From Candidatus Eiseniibacteriota bacterium (GTDB taxonomy: Bacteria > Eisenbacteria > RBG-16-71-46), in contig OY970178.1 of the NCBI GenBank assembly GCA_963707915.1, positions 1,216,001 to 1,280,000 on the forward strand: a DNA stretch of 64,000 nt, in the 5' to 3' direction. Below the pieces are notes generated by a model. That model saw only the letters and a list, made by a program, of their open reading frames with translations, searched no databases and was not told where the DNA came from. The translations under genes were made by a program, and so were the position numbers. The first letter of the stretch is position 1. The number at the start of each line of letters is the position of its first letter. Below are positions 1-9,485 of the stretch, one piece after another.

Positions 1-798
1 CGCCGCGGCGCCGAAGCGCAGCAGTCCCATGCCCCCGCGGCGGGCGGCCGCCACGACCGTCTCCGCCACCAGGTCGTCGGCGTTCACCACCGCGGTCGCG
101 GACTTCGCGGGACGCGGGGCATTGCGGCCGTCGAACAGCATGAGCTTGGCGTCCAGGTAGGCCTCGAGCGTGCCGTGGTAGTCGAGGTGGTCGTGGCTCA
201 GGTTCGTGAACACCGCCGCGTCGAGGTCGAGCCCGTAGGCCCGCCGCTGCACCAGGGCGTGGCTGCTCAGCTCGAGCGCCACCGCCTCCACGCCGGCGTC
301 CGCCATCTCGCGCAGCAGCGCCTGCAGCTCGGTCGCCTCGGGCGTGGTGTAGCCGAGCGGGCGCACGGCGCCGTCGAGGCGGGCCCCGGTCGTGCCGAGC
401 ACCCCCGGCCGCCAGCCGGCGGCACGGAAGACCGACTCGAGCAGGTAGGTCGTCGTGGTCTTGCCGTTCGTGCCCGTGACGCCCACCGCCCGCAGCGCGC
501 GCACGGGCCGGCCGTGGAACGCCGCGGCCGCCTCGGCCAGGGCCCGGCGCGGTTCGGGCACTCGCACCAGCGGCCCGTCCCCCGCCGGCGCGTCCGGCCC
601 CACCACCGCCGCCACGGCGCCCGCGGCGAGGGCCTGACGAACGAAGGCCTGCCCGTCCTGGCGCAGGCCCGCGAGGGCGAAGAAGAGGTCACCGGGCCGC
701 ACCCGGCGCGAGTCCGAGGCGAGTCCGCTCACCTCCACCCCTCCATCGCCCGCGAACGAGGGGCCACCCATCGCCTCGAGCAGGGCGCGCAGGATCAC
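1..798 (-). CDS. murE: UDP-N-acetylmuramoyl-tripeptide synthetase MurE (3' end runs off window)
   Basis: Manual translation from GTG at 798 (overlaps ftsI TGA): DSRRVRPGDLFFA, VGVTGTNGKTTT P-loop, TTPE, ELSSHAL, FTNLSHDHLDYHGT. Absent from the ORF track because the frame has no stop in the window. Confidence 0.95.
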   Translation of the reverse strand, partial: MILRALLEAMGGPSFAGDGGVEVSGLASDSRRVRPGDLFFALAGLRQDGQAFVRQALAAGAVAAVVGPDAPAGDGPLVRVPEPRRALAEAAAAFHGRPVRALRAVGVTGTNGKTTTTYLLESVFRAAGWRPGVLGTTGARLDGAVRPLGYTTPEATELQALLREMADAGVEAVALELSSHALVQRRAYGLDLDAAVFTNLSHDHLDYHGTLEAYLDAKLMLFDGRNAPRPAKSATAVVNADDLVAETVVAAARRGGMGLLRFGAAA

Positions 799-2955
799 GC
801 CCCGGCCCTCCCGGCGCCCGCCCGCACCGCTCCCGCCGGGAAACCGCTCAGCGGGGCGGGGGACGGCGAGGCCGCCGGGGCCACGCCCGGCATGCACCAC
901 AGACGGCACTCGGAGCCGGGCGCGAACGGCGTGCCCGCCGCGGGCTCCTGCCGCACCACGATCCCGCTGCCGGTGATGCGCGCGCGCACCTGCCGCGGCG
1001 TGAGCCGCCGCAACGCCTCGCGCGACGGCAACCCGACGAGGTCGGGCAGCAGGAGCGCCGCCGAGTCCGCCGGGGCGGAGAGCCAGACGCTCACGCCGGC
1101 GCCGCGCTCGACCGCCTGTCCCGCGGCGGGCGACTGCGCCAGCGCACGCGGGCCCTGTCCCTCGAAGCGCGCGCGCAGGCCGTGCTCGGCGAGCCGACGC
1201 TCGACCGCGAGCCGCGGCAGCAGCCGCAGGTCGGGCACCACCACCGCAGCGGGCGCCGGCGGCTTCGCCGCCACCTCGGTCGAGCCCGTGCCGAGCGGGC
1301 CGTCGGGCAGGCGGCGGAGATCCAGCATCACCTCGCGGAACACCGGCGCGGCGATCTCCCCGCCGTAGTAGTGCCCGGTGCGCGGCTCGTCGATCACCAC
1401 GATGCCGACCAGGGTGGGCGCGCCCGCGGGGGCGAAACCCACGAACGACGAGAGGTACTTGCCCGCCGCGTACGTCCGGATCGCCGGGTCGTACTTCTGC
1501 GCGGTGCCCGTCTTGCCGGCGACCGCGAAGCCCGGGATGCGCGTGGCCGTCGCCGTGCCGCTGTCCACGACCGCGGTCAGCATCTCCCTTAGCAGGGCGG
1601 TGGTGCTCTCGCGGAACACGCGGCGGGCGGCGCGCGGCGCGTAACGGTGGAGCGCGTTGCCCCCGCCGTCGCGCACCTCGCGGACCAGCATCGGTTCCAT
1701 CAGCACGCCGCCGTTGGCGATCGCGGCGTAGGCCAGCACCAGCTGCAGCGGGCGTCACCGAGACCTCGTGCCCGATGGCGATGGTGGGGCACGAGCGCGA
1801 CGACCAGTGGTCGGGGCTGTGCAGCCGGCCGGCGGTCTCGCCCGGGAAGTCCAGCCCGGTGATGCTGCCGAAGCCGAGCGCGGTGGCGTAGCGGTAGAGC
1901 CGCTCGGGGCCGGCGAGCAGGCCGAGCTTGGCCATGACGATGTTGCTCGAGTACTGCACGGCGCCGAAGAGGGTGAACCCGCGGGCCTTGTGCGAGTCGT
2001 GGAAGGACACGCCCGGCGCCACCTGGCAGACGCCGTTGCCCGCGTCGAAGTACTGGTCCGGCCGTGCCAGCTCCTCCTCGAGCGCGGTGCCCGCGGCCAC
2101 GACCTTGAAGGTGGAGCCCGGCTCGTACTGGTCGGTGAACGGCCAGTTGCGCGACTTGCCGGGGGGCAGGTGCGGGACACAGACCGAAGCCAGGATCTCG
2201 CCGTTGCGCGGGTCCATGAAGAGCGCGAAGCCGCGCACCGCGCGCAGCGTGTCCACCGCGCGCGCGAGGTGGTGCTCGACGATGCCCTGCAGGTCGAGGT
2301 CGAGGGTCAGCACGGCGCTGCGGCCGTCGGCCGGAGCGCGGCTCAGGCCGCGCGGCAGCCCCACGGTGCGGTTCTTCCCGACGCGGAACTTCGTGGACCA
2401 GCCGGGCCGCCCGCGCAGCTCGTCGTCCAGCTGCAGCTCGAGCCCGTCCACCCCGCTGTCGTCGAGATCGGTGCGGCCGAGGATCTCGCTGGCGGCGGCG
2501 CCCAGCGTGTAGTCGCGCCGCGTCTCCACCGAGAGGTGCACGCCGCGCCACTTGCGGTCGGCCACCGCTTCGCCGACCTCGGGAGGCTGGTGGCGCGCCA
2601 CCCAGACGAAGCGCGGGTGCGCGCGGAACTCCGCGGCCAGTCGCCGCGCGTCCAGGTGCAGCAGGGCCGCCAGGCCGCGGGCCACGGCGGCGGGGTCGGC
2701 CATCTCGCGCGGGGCCGCCGAGACCGAGCAGGTCATCAGGTCGCGCGCCAGCGGGCGCCCGCGCCGGTCCAGCAGCTCGCCGCGGACCGGGCGGACCAGC
2801 ACGCGCTGCTCCTGGTTCAGCTCCGCGCGCTCCGCGTAGTACGAGTGCTGGACGATCTGCAGCCACGCCACGCGCAGCCACAGGACGACCAGACCAAGCA
2901 GCAGACCGGCCGCAGCCACCAGCACCCGGCTCCTGCGCGAATCCCTGTGGGCCAA
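795..2955 (-). CDS. ftsI: Division class B PBP FtsI with two C-terminal PASTA domains; +1 frameshift near 1750 (probable sequencing error)
   Basis: TTG start at 2955; N-terminal TM helix, RGELLDRRG, GVDGLE, YEPGSTFK (SxxK), YSSN (SxN), GKTGTAQK (KTG), two VPDL/LPDLVG PASTA repeats; extra base in GTGACGCCCGCTG. Confidence 0.93.
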
Positions 2956-3066
2956 CTCCTTCCCTCCGTGGAACGGCGGTTCACGCGGACCGCCGGGCCG
3001 TCACAAGCGCGGTGCGGTGGTGCGGCCGGTCGTATCTGCCGGGCGCGCCGATGATTCGTCCGTTCG

Positions 3067-3504
3067 TCAGTTCGTGTGGTCGCGACCACGGGCCGTGGCG
3101 TCCGGTACCAGTGCGCGGGAGATCCTTCCCGCCCACGCCAGCGCCGGGCGCGGCTCCTGCCCCGTTTCACGGTCCGCCGCCGCCAGGTACTCCTGCGGCA
3201 GCTGGACCACCTGCCGGGTGTCGACCGGGACGAGCTCCAGCAGGCCGGCCTGCGGGGCGAGCTCCGCCCGGGTCGTGCGGCGATCGACTTCGGCGTTCAG
3301 GTACCCGAGCCGCGCCCGGGCCTGCTGGACCGCGGCGCGGTTGTGGTCGAGAGCGAGGCACAACTCGGCCATGCGCGAGCTCTGCCACACCTCGACCAGC
3401 AGCATCCCCAGCGCGGCCAGCACGATGACCCACAACTCGGGCCGGAGCGCGCGCCGGTCCGTGGCGCGCCACGAGGAGAGATTCCGACGTCCGTTGCTGT
3501 TCAT
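3067..3504 (-). CDS. ftsL: FtsL-like cell division protein
   Basis: Lies between rsmH and ftsI; single TM helix followed by a coiled-coil segment; ATG overlaps rsmH TGA. Confidence 0.75.
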   Translation of the reverse strand: MNSNGRRNLSSWRATDRRALRPELWVIVLAALGMLLVEVWQSSRMAELCLALDHNRAAVQQARARLGYLNAEVDRRTTRAELAPQAGLLELVPVDTRQVVQLPQEYLAAADRETGQEPRPALAWAGRISRALVPDATARGRDHTN

Positions 3505-4430
3505 CCTTGGGTTCTCCGGAAGGCACGGAGCCGGGCGCTGCGCGCCCGTGGATTCCGCTCCCGCTCGGCAGGCGAGGGTGTCACCACCCTCCGTGTGAGT
3601 TCGTCCCACGGCCTCTCCTGAGGCCGCACCCCGGGTATCTCCGGCAGCCGCCGCGCGAACCGTGAGCCGGTCGGGCCGCGCAGCGCCTGCTTGATCTTCC
3701 GATCCTCGCCCGAGTGGTAGGCGAGCGTCACCACCATGCCGCCGCGGTCCATCGCCTCCGGCAGCCACTGCAGCGCCGCTTCGAGATCCTCGGCCTCGCC
3801 GTTGACCCAGATGCGCAGCGCCTGGAACACCTGCGCGTACCGTCTCGGGTGGGCCGGCCCGCCGAGCGCGCGGTCGATGGCGTCCCGTAGCGCCCGCGTG
3901 GTCCTGAGCCCCCCCTGCCGGGCTTCCGCGACCAGGGCCCGCGCGAGCGGCCGGGCCCCGGACACGTCACCGTGCTCTCTCAGCACGGCGCCCAGCTCCT
4001 CCTCCCCCGCCCCCTCCAGCCGCTCCGCGCCGGTCCTTCCGCGCGACGGATCCATCCTTAGATCGAGCGGCCCGTCCTGCATGAAGCTCATCCCCCGGGC
4101 CGGGTCGTCGATCTGCCTCGACGACAGGCCCAGGTCGAACAGCGCTCCGACCAACCCCCCGCCTCCGGCCGCGGTCAGCGCGGCCGGCACCTCCCGGAAC
4201 GTCGCGTGGGCGAGGCTCACGCGCGTCCCGAACCGCTTCAGCCTCCCGGCCGCCCGCTCCAGCGCGGACGGATCACGGTCGCAGCCCAGCAGCCGCGCGC
4301 CCGGCTCGGCCTCGAGCAGGGCCTCGGCGTGTCCGGCGTCGCCGAGCGTCGCGTCGAGGTAGCGTCCCGGCCCGTTCCGCAGGTAGCCCAGCACCTCGGC
4401 CAGCATGACCGGTTCATGACGCACACTCAC
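3501..4430 (-). CDS. rsmH: 16S rRNA m4C1402 methyltransferase RsmH (MraW)
   Basis: HEPVMLAEV, DATLGDAGHA, DLGLSSRQID, PLDLRMD, FQALRIWVN, YHSGEDR, NPRARSARLR. Confidence 0.96.
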   Translation of the reverse strand: MSVRHEPVMLAEVLGYLRNGPGRYLDATLGDAGHAEALLEAEPGARLLGCDRDPSALERAAGRLKRFGTRVSLAHATFREVPAALTAAGGGGLVGALFDLGLSSRQIDDPARGMSFMQDGPLDLRMDPSRGRTGAERLEGAGEEELGAVLREHGDVSGARPLARALVAEARQGGLRTTRALRDAIDRALGGPAHPRRYAQVFQALRIWVNGEAEDLEAALQWLPEAMDRGGMVVTLAYHSGEDRKIKQALRGPTGSRFARRLPEIPGVRPQERPWDELTRRVVTPSPAERERNPRARSARLRAFRRTQG

Positions 4431-4869
4431 GTCCCGACTCGTATCCGGCCGGAGCCGCCAGCAGGTCGGCCGCCGAAGGCCAGCAACGCAGGCGCGCCTC
4501 GCATCCCGCCAGCCGGAAGAGGTCCCGCAGGTAGGACGAGAGGCCGCAGACCACGATGCCGCCCGCGCGGCTCTCGAAGCGCGCAAGCGCCGCCTCCAGC
4601 GCGGGCACCGTGCGGTAGTCGATGTGGCGGACCTGGGAGCAGTCGAGCAGGAGCTGCTCGATGCCGCGCTCGCCCAGGTCGTCCAGCGTGCGGCCGAGGC
4701 GCGCGATGGCGACGCGGTCGAGCCAGCCCCGCAGGGCGAAGAGCACCACCCGGCCGGCCGGCCGGTCGCGCAGTTCGATGCGTGCCGAGGCGCCGTGCCG
4801 CCCGCCGCTCAACTCGAGGTTGAGCGCGACGGCGATGCGGTCCTCGTCTCTCTGCGGTCGGGCGACCAT
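4414..4869 (-). CDS. STAS-domain (anti-anti-sigma-like) protein inserted in dcw operon
   Basis: LRGWLDR...LLLDCSQVRHID...VVCGLSSYLRDLFRLAG matches the STAS fold pattern; starts 5 nt after the mraZ stop and overlaps the rsmH start. Confidence 0.8.
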   Translation of the reverse strand: MVARPQRDEDRIAVALNLELSGGRHGASARIELRDRPAGRVVLFALRGWLDRVAIARLGRTLDDLGERGIEQLLLDCSQVRHIDYRTVPALEAALARFESRAGGIVVCGLSSYLRDLFRLAGCEARLRCWPSAADLLAAPAGYESGRECAS

Positions 4870-4874
4870 GGGGC

Positions 4875-5324
4875 TCAGTCCCTGAGCTTCAGCGTCTCGA
4901 GTCGGGCGAGTGCGTCGTCGGAGAGCACGGCCCGCTTCTGGCCGTACTTCTCCGCGCTCCAGATGGCGATGTAGCCGATGATGCCGCGCAGGACGACATC
5001 CTTGCCGAGACCTGCGCGATCCTGCAGTGCCGGTGGGATCGTGATCCGTCCCTGGGCGTCCACCGTCACCCAACAAGCGTCCTCGAGGAATGCGAACACG
5101 AAGTCGCGGTCCTCGCGGTCGCCCTTCAGCAGCCGGTTCAGCTTCTCCTCCATCGTGCGCCAGTCCTCGACGGAGTAGAGCTGCAGGCAGCCTTCGCTGC
5201 CGTGCTTGAGGAAGAAGCGATCGTGCGTCTTCTTCGAGAACGAGTCGCGGCGCAACGAGACGGGCACGCTCAACCGGCGCTTCGGGTCGAGCGTGCCCTT
5301 CTCGGTGCCGTAGAACGCGGCCAT
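4875..5324 (-). CDS. mraZ: Division/cell-wall cluster transcriptional regulator MraZ
   Basis: Two AbrB-like repeats LDPKRRLSVP and VDAQGRITIP; first gene of dcw cluster. Confidence 0.93.
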   Translation of the reverse strand: MAAFYGTEKGTLDPKRRLSVPVSLRRDSFSKKTHDRFFLKHGSEGCLQLYSVEDWRTMEEKLNRLLKGDREDRDFVFAFLEDACWVTVDAQGRITIPPALQDRAGLGKDVVLRGIIGYIAIWSAEKYGQKRAVLSDDALARLETLKLRD

Positions 5325-5352
5325 CTCTTCGGTCCCCTCAGAACTCGCGACG

Positions 5353-5388
5353 CACCATTTCATGCCTTACTTCACCACTTCATCCCAC
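5353..5388 (-). promoter_or_regulatory. MraZ-binding direct repeats
   Basis: Minus strand GTGGGATGAA|GTGGTGAAGT|AAGGCATGAA|ATGGTG: GTGG-type boxes at 10-bp period just downstream of the -10. Confidence 0.75.
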
Positions 5389-5397
5389 GCGCAAGGC

Positions 5398-5426
5398 AAC
5401 ATAGACACGCCACGTGCTGATGTCAA
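5398..5426 (-). promoter_or_regulatory. sigma70 promoter of dcw operon
   Basis: TTGACA (5426-5421), 17-bp spacer, TATGTT (5403-5398). Confidence 0.8.
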
Positions 5427-5485
5427 AAGAATTTGTGCGCTCGCCGGATGATTCTCATCGCCGGCCACTGCACGATTGTGCAGTC

Positions 5486-7069
5486 TCAGCGATTCCCGCC
5501 CCGGGAACGCGGCGGAGCGCCGAGCGAATCGGCCGCCGCCCAGTCCACGCGGTAGAAGGAGTAGAACGGAGCGGGTCGGCCCGGTGCAGGACCCAGGACG
5601 CCGGCGACGCCGAGCAGCTCGAGCGCGGGCGCATAGCGGCTGCGCAGCCGCAGGTCGTCGGGTCGCGGCCCGCGGTCCACGAGGTACTCGGGGCGCGCGA
5701 ACGCGGCGAAGCGCAGGTTCGCGATCGCGTCGGCCGGCACCTCGCGCTCGAGGTGCGGCACCATCTGCGGCGTCACCAGGCCCGAGAGGTCCACGACGCG
5801 GCGCTGGCCGAAGTACCCGAGCGCGCCGATCTCGGGGGTGGCGATCGAGGTGCCCGCCGGCGTGTTCGCGCGCAGCCAGCGCCCCCAGGGCACCAGGCTC
5901 CCGCGCAGCCCCGTGCTGGAAGCGCGCGCCTGGGGCAGCACCACGCCCCGGTAAACCGCGAGGTTCTGCACCAGCACCAGGGCGGCGACCGCGGTGCCGA
6001 GCATCACGGTGCGCGCCCGGCGCGGATGCTCGGCCGGTCCCAGGCTCCAGCACTCCCCCGCGCGCCACGCCAGCCAGCTCAGCACCGGCAGCAGCGGGAG
6101 CAGGTCCCGCGACCGCACCGGGACGCCGCGCGCGACGTAGAGCGCCGGCACCACCGCCAGCCACACCCACGGCAGCATGCGCTGCGCCCGCTGCGTGAGC
6201 GAGCGCCGGGTCCACACGAGCGAGCCGCCCGCCAGCAGGGCCAGGACGAGCAGCGCGGCCATCAGCCCGTCGGTGGCCCCGACGATCCTCACCTGGCGCC
6301 ACAGGTTCTCCAGCTGCACGACGAGCCCCCCGGTTCCGGTCGCCTTCGCCTGGAGGGTCTGCGGCAGCGCGGTGCCGAAATACACGCGCGTGAACAGCAA
6401 CCATCCACCGTAGATCACGAGCGGCGGCAGCGAGCCGAAGACGAGGCGGCGAAGTCCGGGCCGGCTGTCGGTGTCCACGATCAGGAACACCCCCCACAGG
6501 CCGAGCAGCAGCGCGGCCTCGGGCCGCGTGAGCGCCGCCAGGGCCCACAGCGCCCCGGTGCGCACCGGGCGCGCCCCCCACTGCTGGCCCTCGGTGAAGG
6601 CCACGAACCCGGCCAGCACGAGGGCCACCGCGAGCGGGGTCTCGAGCCCGGCGAGGGACCAGCGCAGCATCCACGCGTGACCGGCCCAGGCCACCGTGGC
6701 CGCCGCGCAGAGCGCCGGAGTCCGCAGGTTGCGCCGCATGAGCTGCAGGAAGAGCCCCACCGACCCGAGGGTGGCGAGGAAGCCCAGCACCCGCGCCGCG
6801 CGCAGGCCGTCGAAGCCGAGCGCCATCGCGTCGGCGATGAGCGCCGTCCACAGGGGACTGGTGCAACCGTAGACGCGATCGCCCAGGTTGAAGCTGAGGC
6901 CGTGCCCTTGGGCGAGGTTCCGCGCGTACTGCAGGTGGACGAACGTGTCGTCGGTGACGTACTGGCGGAGCGGCCACATCAGGACCGTCGCCAGCAGCAG
7001 CCCGACGGCGAGCCCCGCGCGCTCGACCAGCGTCATGGGGCGCAACGGGCCGTGCAGCGTGAACGTCAT
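5486..7069 (-). CDS. GT-C fold polytopic membrane glycosyltransferase
   Basis: DDTFVHLQYARNLAQGHGLSFNLGDRVYGCTSPLW first-loop motif, GLETPL, LTRPEA, IGALGY/DLSGLV C-terminal motifs, many TM helices. Confidence 0.75.
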   Translation of the reverse strand: MTFTLHGPLRPMTLVERAGLAVGLLLATVLMWPLRQYVTDDTFVHLQYARNLAQGHGLSFNLGDRVYGCTSPLWTALIADAMALGFDGLRAARVLGFLATLGSVGLFLQLMRRNLRTPALCAAATVAWAGHAWMLRWSLAGLETPLAVALVLAGFVAFTEGQQWGARPVRTGALWALAALTRPEAALLLGLWGVFLIVDTDSRPGLRRLVFGSLPPLVIYGGWLLFTRVYFGTALPQTLQAKATGTGGLVVQLENLWRQVRIVGATDGLMAALLVLALLAGGSLVWTRRSLTQRAQRMLPWVWLAVVPALYVARGVPVRSRDLLPLLPVLSWLAWRAGECWSLGPAEHPRRARTVMLGTAVAALVLVQNLAVYRGVVLPQARASSTGLRGSLVPWGRWLRANTPAGTSIATPEIGALGYFGQRRVVDLSGLVTPQMVPHLEREVPADAIANLRFAAFARPEYLVDRGPRPDDLRLRSRYAPALELLGVAGVLGPAPGRPAPFYSFYRVDWAAADSLGAPPRSRGGNR

Positions 7070-8421
7070 GGCTTCCCCCCCCTCCCGTCCGCGAGTCCGT
7101 CGAGCAGCGTGGCGAGCCGTGCGGAGAGACTCGAGCGCGTGTGCTCCCCGAGCCACTCCGGCCGTCCCGGCAGCGCCGGGGCCGCGGCGCCGGCGCCTTC
7201 CTTCCACGCAAGATAGCGGCGCTCGATCTCCGTGGCGAGCCGCTCGCGATCGCCCGGCGGCAGGCAGGTCCCGCCGGCGCGACGCACGAGGCGGGCGGCC
7301 TCGTCGTCCTCGTCGAGCAGCGCCACGATCGGACGTCCCGCGTCGAGGTATTCGTAGGTCTTGCCCGGCACCATCGTCCGGTAGCCGCGCGGCTTCCACA
7401 GCAGCAGCAGGTCCGCGGCCCGTTGCAGGGCGCGCGCCTCACCGTGCGCGAGCGGCCCCGTGAACTCGACGATGCCCTTGAGCCCGAGCGCCACGGCGCG
7501 GTCCTCGTAGTCCGTGTCGAAGGGCCCCGCCAGCCGCACGCGGATGCGGCGGCGCGCCTCGGGCCGCTGCGCCAGCAACTGGTGCAGCGCTTCGAAGAGC
7601 ACCTCGACGTCGGGCATGAGCGAGAGCGTCCCGCTGAAGACCAGGGTGAAGTGCAGGGGATCCCCCGGCGCGGGCGGGAGCGGCGCGGTGGCGTCCGGCT
7701 CGTAGCCGTTGGGCAGGTGCACGACGCGGCGCGGCCGGCCCCCGGCATCGCGCTCGAGGTCGTCCACGTGGGTGCGCGAGGCGGCCAGCACGAGGTCCGC
7801 CCCGGCCAGCACGCGGCGCTCGAGGTCGCGCTGGCGGGCCGCGTGCCACGCGGTGGGAGGCCGCCGGAAGTGCAGACCGATCCAGGGATCGCGGAAATCC
7901 GCCACCCAGGGCAGACCGAGGCGCCGCGCGAGCGGCAGCGCGGCCAGGTGCACGCTGTCGGGGGGCGAGGTCGAGAGCACCACCGAGACGTCGCCGCGCG
8001 CCAACCGCGCGGCCGCCACGCCCCGGGCGCGGCGGGCCCAGCCCGCGTAGGAGTCCGGCAGCAGCAACCAGTCCGAGAGCGTGCGCAGGCCGCCGAAGAC
8101 GGCCCCGGAGCGCCGGCCCGCGTCGCCGCGCGCGGCGCCCGGGGCCGCGTCCGCGGACCCGGCCCGGCGGTCGCGCCCCCGCCGCAGCCGAAGCCAGGCG
8201 GAGAGCGCGCTGCCCCCGGGAACGCGGATCACCTCGGTCGCGGGCGGGATGCGGTCCACCAGCGACTCGTCCCTCACCCAGTAGTCCTCCGGGCCCGCAC
8301 ACACCACCGTGCAGTCCCAGCCGTGTTCGGGCAGCCAGCGGGTGAATCCCAGCACCCGGTGCACCCCACCCCCGCCGAGCGGCGGGTAGAAGTAGCACAG
8401 CAGGAGCAGGCGGCGGTTCAC
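7066..8421 (-). CDS. GT4 family glycosyltransferase
   Basis: YFYPPLGGGGVHR, STSPP, WVADFRDPW, PGKTYEYLDAGRPI. Confidence 0.88.
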   Translation of the reverse strand: MNRRLLLLCYFYPPLGGGGVHRVLGFTRWLPEHGWDCTVVCAGPEDYWVRDESLVDRIPPATEVIRVPGGSALSAWLRLRRGRDRRAGSADAAPGAARGDAGRRSGAVFGGLRTLSDWLLLPDSYAGWARRARGVAAARLARGDVSVVLSTSPPDSVHLAALPLARRLGLPWVADFRDPWIGLHFRRPPTAWHAARQRDLERRVLAGADLVLAASRTHVDDLERDAGGRPRRVVHLPNGYEPDATAPLPPAPGDPLHFTLVFSGTLSLMPDVEVLFEALHQLLAQRPEARRRIRVRLAGPFDTDYEDRAVALGLKGIVEFTGPLAHGEARALQRAADLLLLWKPRGYRTMVPGKTYEYLDAGRPIVALLDEDDEAARLVRRAGGTCLPPGDRERLATEIERRYLAWKEGAGAAAPALPGRPEWLGEHTRSSLSARLATLLDGLADGRGGKP

Positions 8422-9485
8422 GCGGGGCCCCCGCTCCGCGCGCCGGCGAGCTTCGCGAACAGCGCCTCGATGCGGCCGAGGTTGGCCTCACGGTCCGCCC
8501 GCTCCTCGACCACGCGCCGGTTGCGCGCCCGCGCCGCCGCCCGCCACTCCGCGTCGCCGAGCACGCGCTCGAGCGCGCCGGTGAGCGCGGTGGCGTCACC
8601 GCATGGGAAGAGTCGCGCGCCGTCGCCTTCCCCCAGCCACTCCCGGTTCCCCTCGATGTCGCTCACCACCGGCACCGCGCCCGCGGCCATGGCCTCGAGC
8701 AGCGAGACCGAGGTCGAATCCGACAGGGAGGCCGACAGGTAGACCTCGGCCCGCATCAGCAGCGCGGCCAGATCGCCGGGCGCGAGGCGCCCGACGAAGC
8801 GCCATCGGCCGGCCGGCAGCAGCGCCGCGGCCTGGCGCTCGAGCCCGCCCCGCAGGCTCCCGTCGCCGGCCACGACCAGGTGCGCGCCCGGATCGCGCTC
8901 CAGCACCGGCTTCACCGCGTGCAGGACGGTCGCGAGGTCGTAGACCGGCTCGTGCATGCGCGTGCTCACGATCAGGCCCGGGACGCGTTCCGCGGGCATC
9001 CGGAACAGGGCGAGGTCCACGCCCCAGGGGATCATGTGCACCTTCGCGCGGGCGGCCCCCAGCGCGCGCGCCGCGTCGGCGAGGTTCTCGGCGTCGGCCA
9101 GCACCAGGTCGGCGCGCCGCAGCACGAAGCGGGCCCGCGCACGCTGCAGCGGACCGCGCCGGCCCAGAACGAGCAGGTCCGATCCCCACGCGCTCACCGC
9201 GAGCGGACGGTCCCCCAGGAGCGCGCCGAGCAACCCGTAGTTGGGCACGTAGTGCGCGTCCACGAGGTCCGGGTCGAAGCGCTCGAGCGCGCGCCGCAGC
9301 GCGGGCAACGCGAGCGGGTAGCGCAGGAAGCCGGGCAGCGGCAGGCGCGGCAGCGGCTCGGCCTCGAGCCCGGGGAGCGGCGGCTCGAGCGACCAGACCC
9401 GCACGTCGTGCCCGCGCGCCCGGAACCAGCGGGCCCAGCGTCGCGTGTGCTCGGCGTCCGCGTTGGAGAGCGTCGCGATCCTCAC
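8418..9485 (-). CDS. GT4 family glycosyltransferase
   Basis: GTG start overlapping upstream TGA; HTRRW, AWGSDLL, SDSTSVSLLEAMAAGAVPVVSD. Confidence 0.88.
   Translation of the reverse strand: MRIATLSNADAEHTRRWARWFRARGHDVRVWSLEPPLPGLEAEPLPRLPLPGFLRYPLALPALRRALERFDPDLVDAHYVPNYGLLGALLGDRPLAVSAWGSDLLVLGRRGPLQRARARFVLRRADLVLADAENLADAARALGAARAKVHMIPWGVDLALFRMPAERVPGLIVSTRMHEPVYDLATVLHAVKPVLERDPGAHLVVAGDGSLRGGLERQAAALLPAGRWRFVGRLAPGDLAALLMRAEVYLSASLSDSTSVSLLEAMAAGAVPVVSDIEGNREWLGEGDGARLFPCGDATALTGALERVLGDAEWRAAARARNRRVVEERADREANLGRIEALFAKLAGARSGGPA

Noticed and set aside
1..2955. Apparent ftsI-murE read-through or programmed frameshift at ~1750
   Set aside because: The shift falls inside the transpeptidase domain before KTG, with no slippery site; most simply a 1-bp sequencing error.
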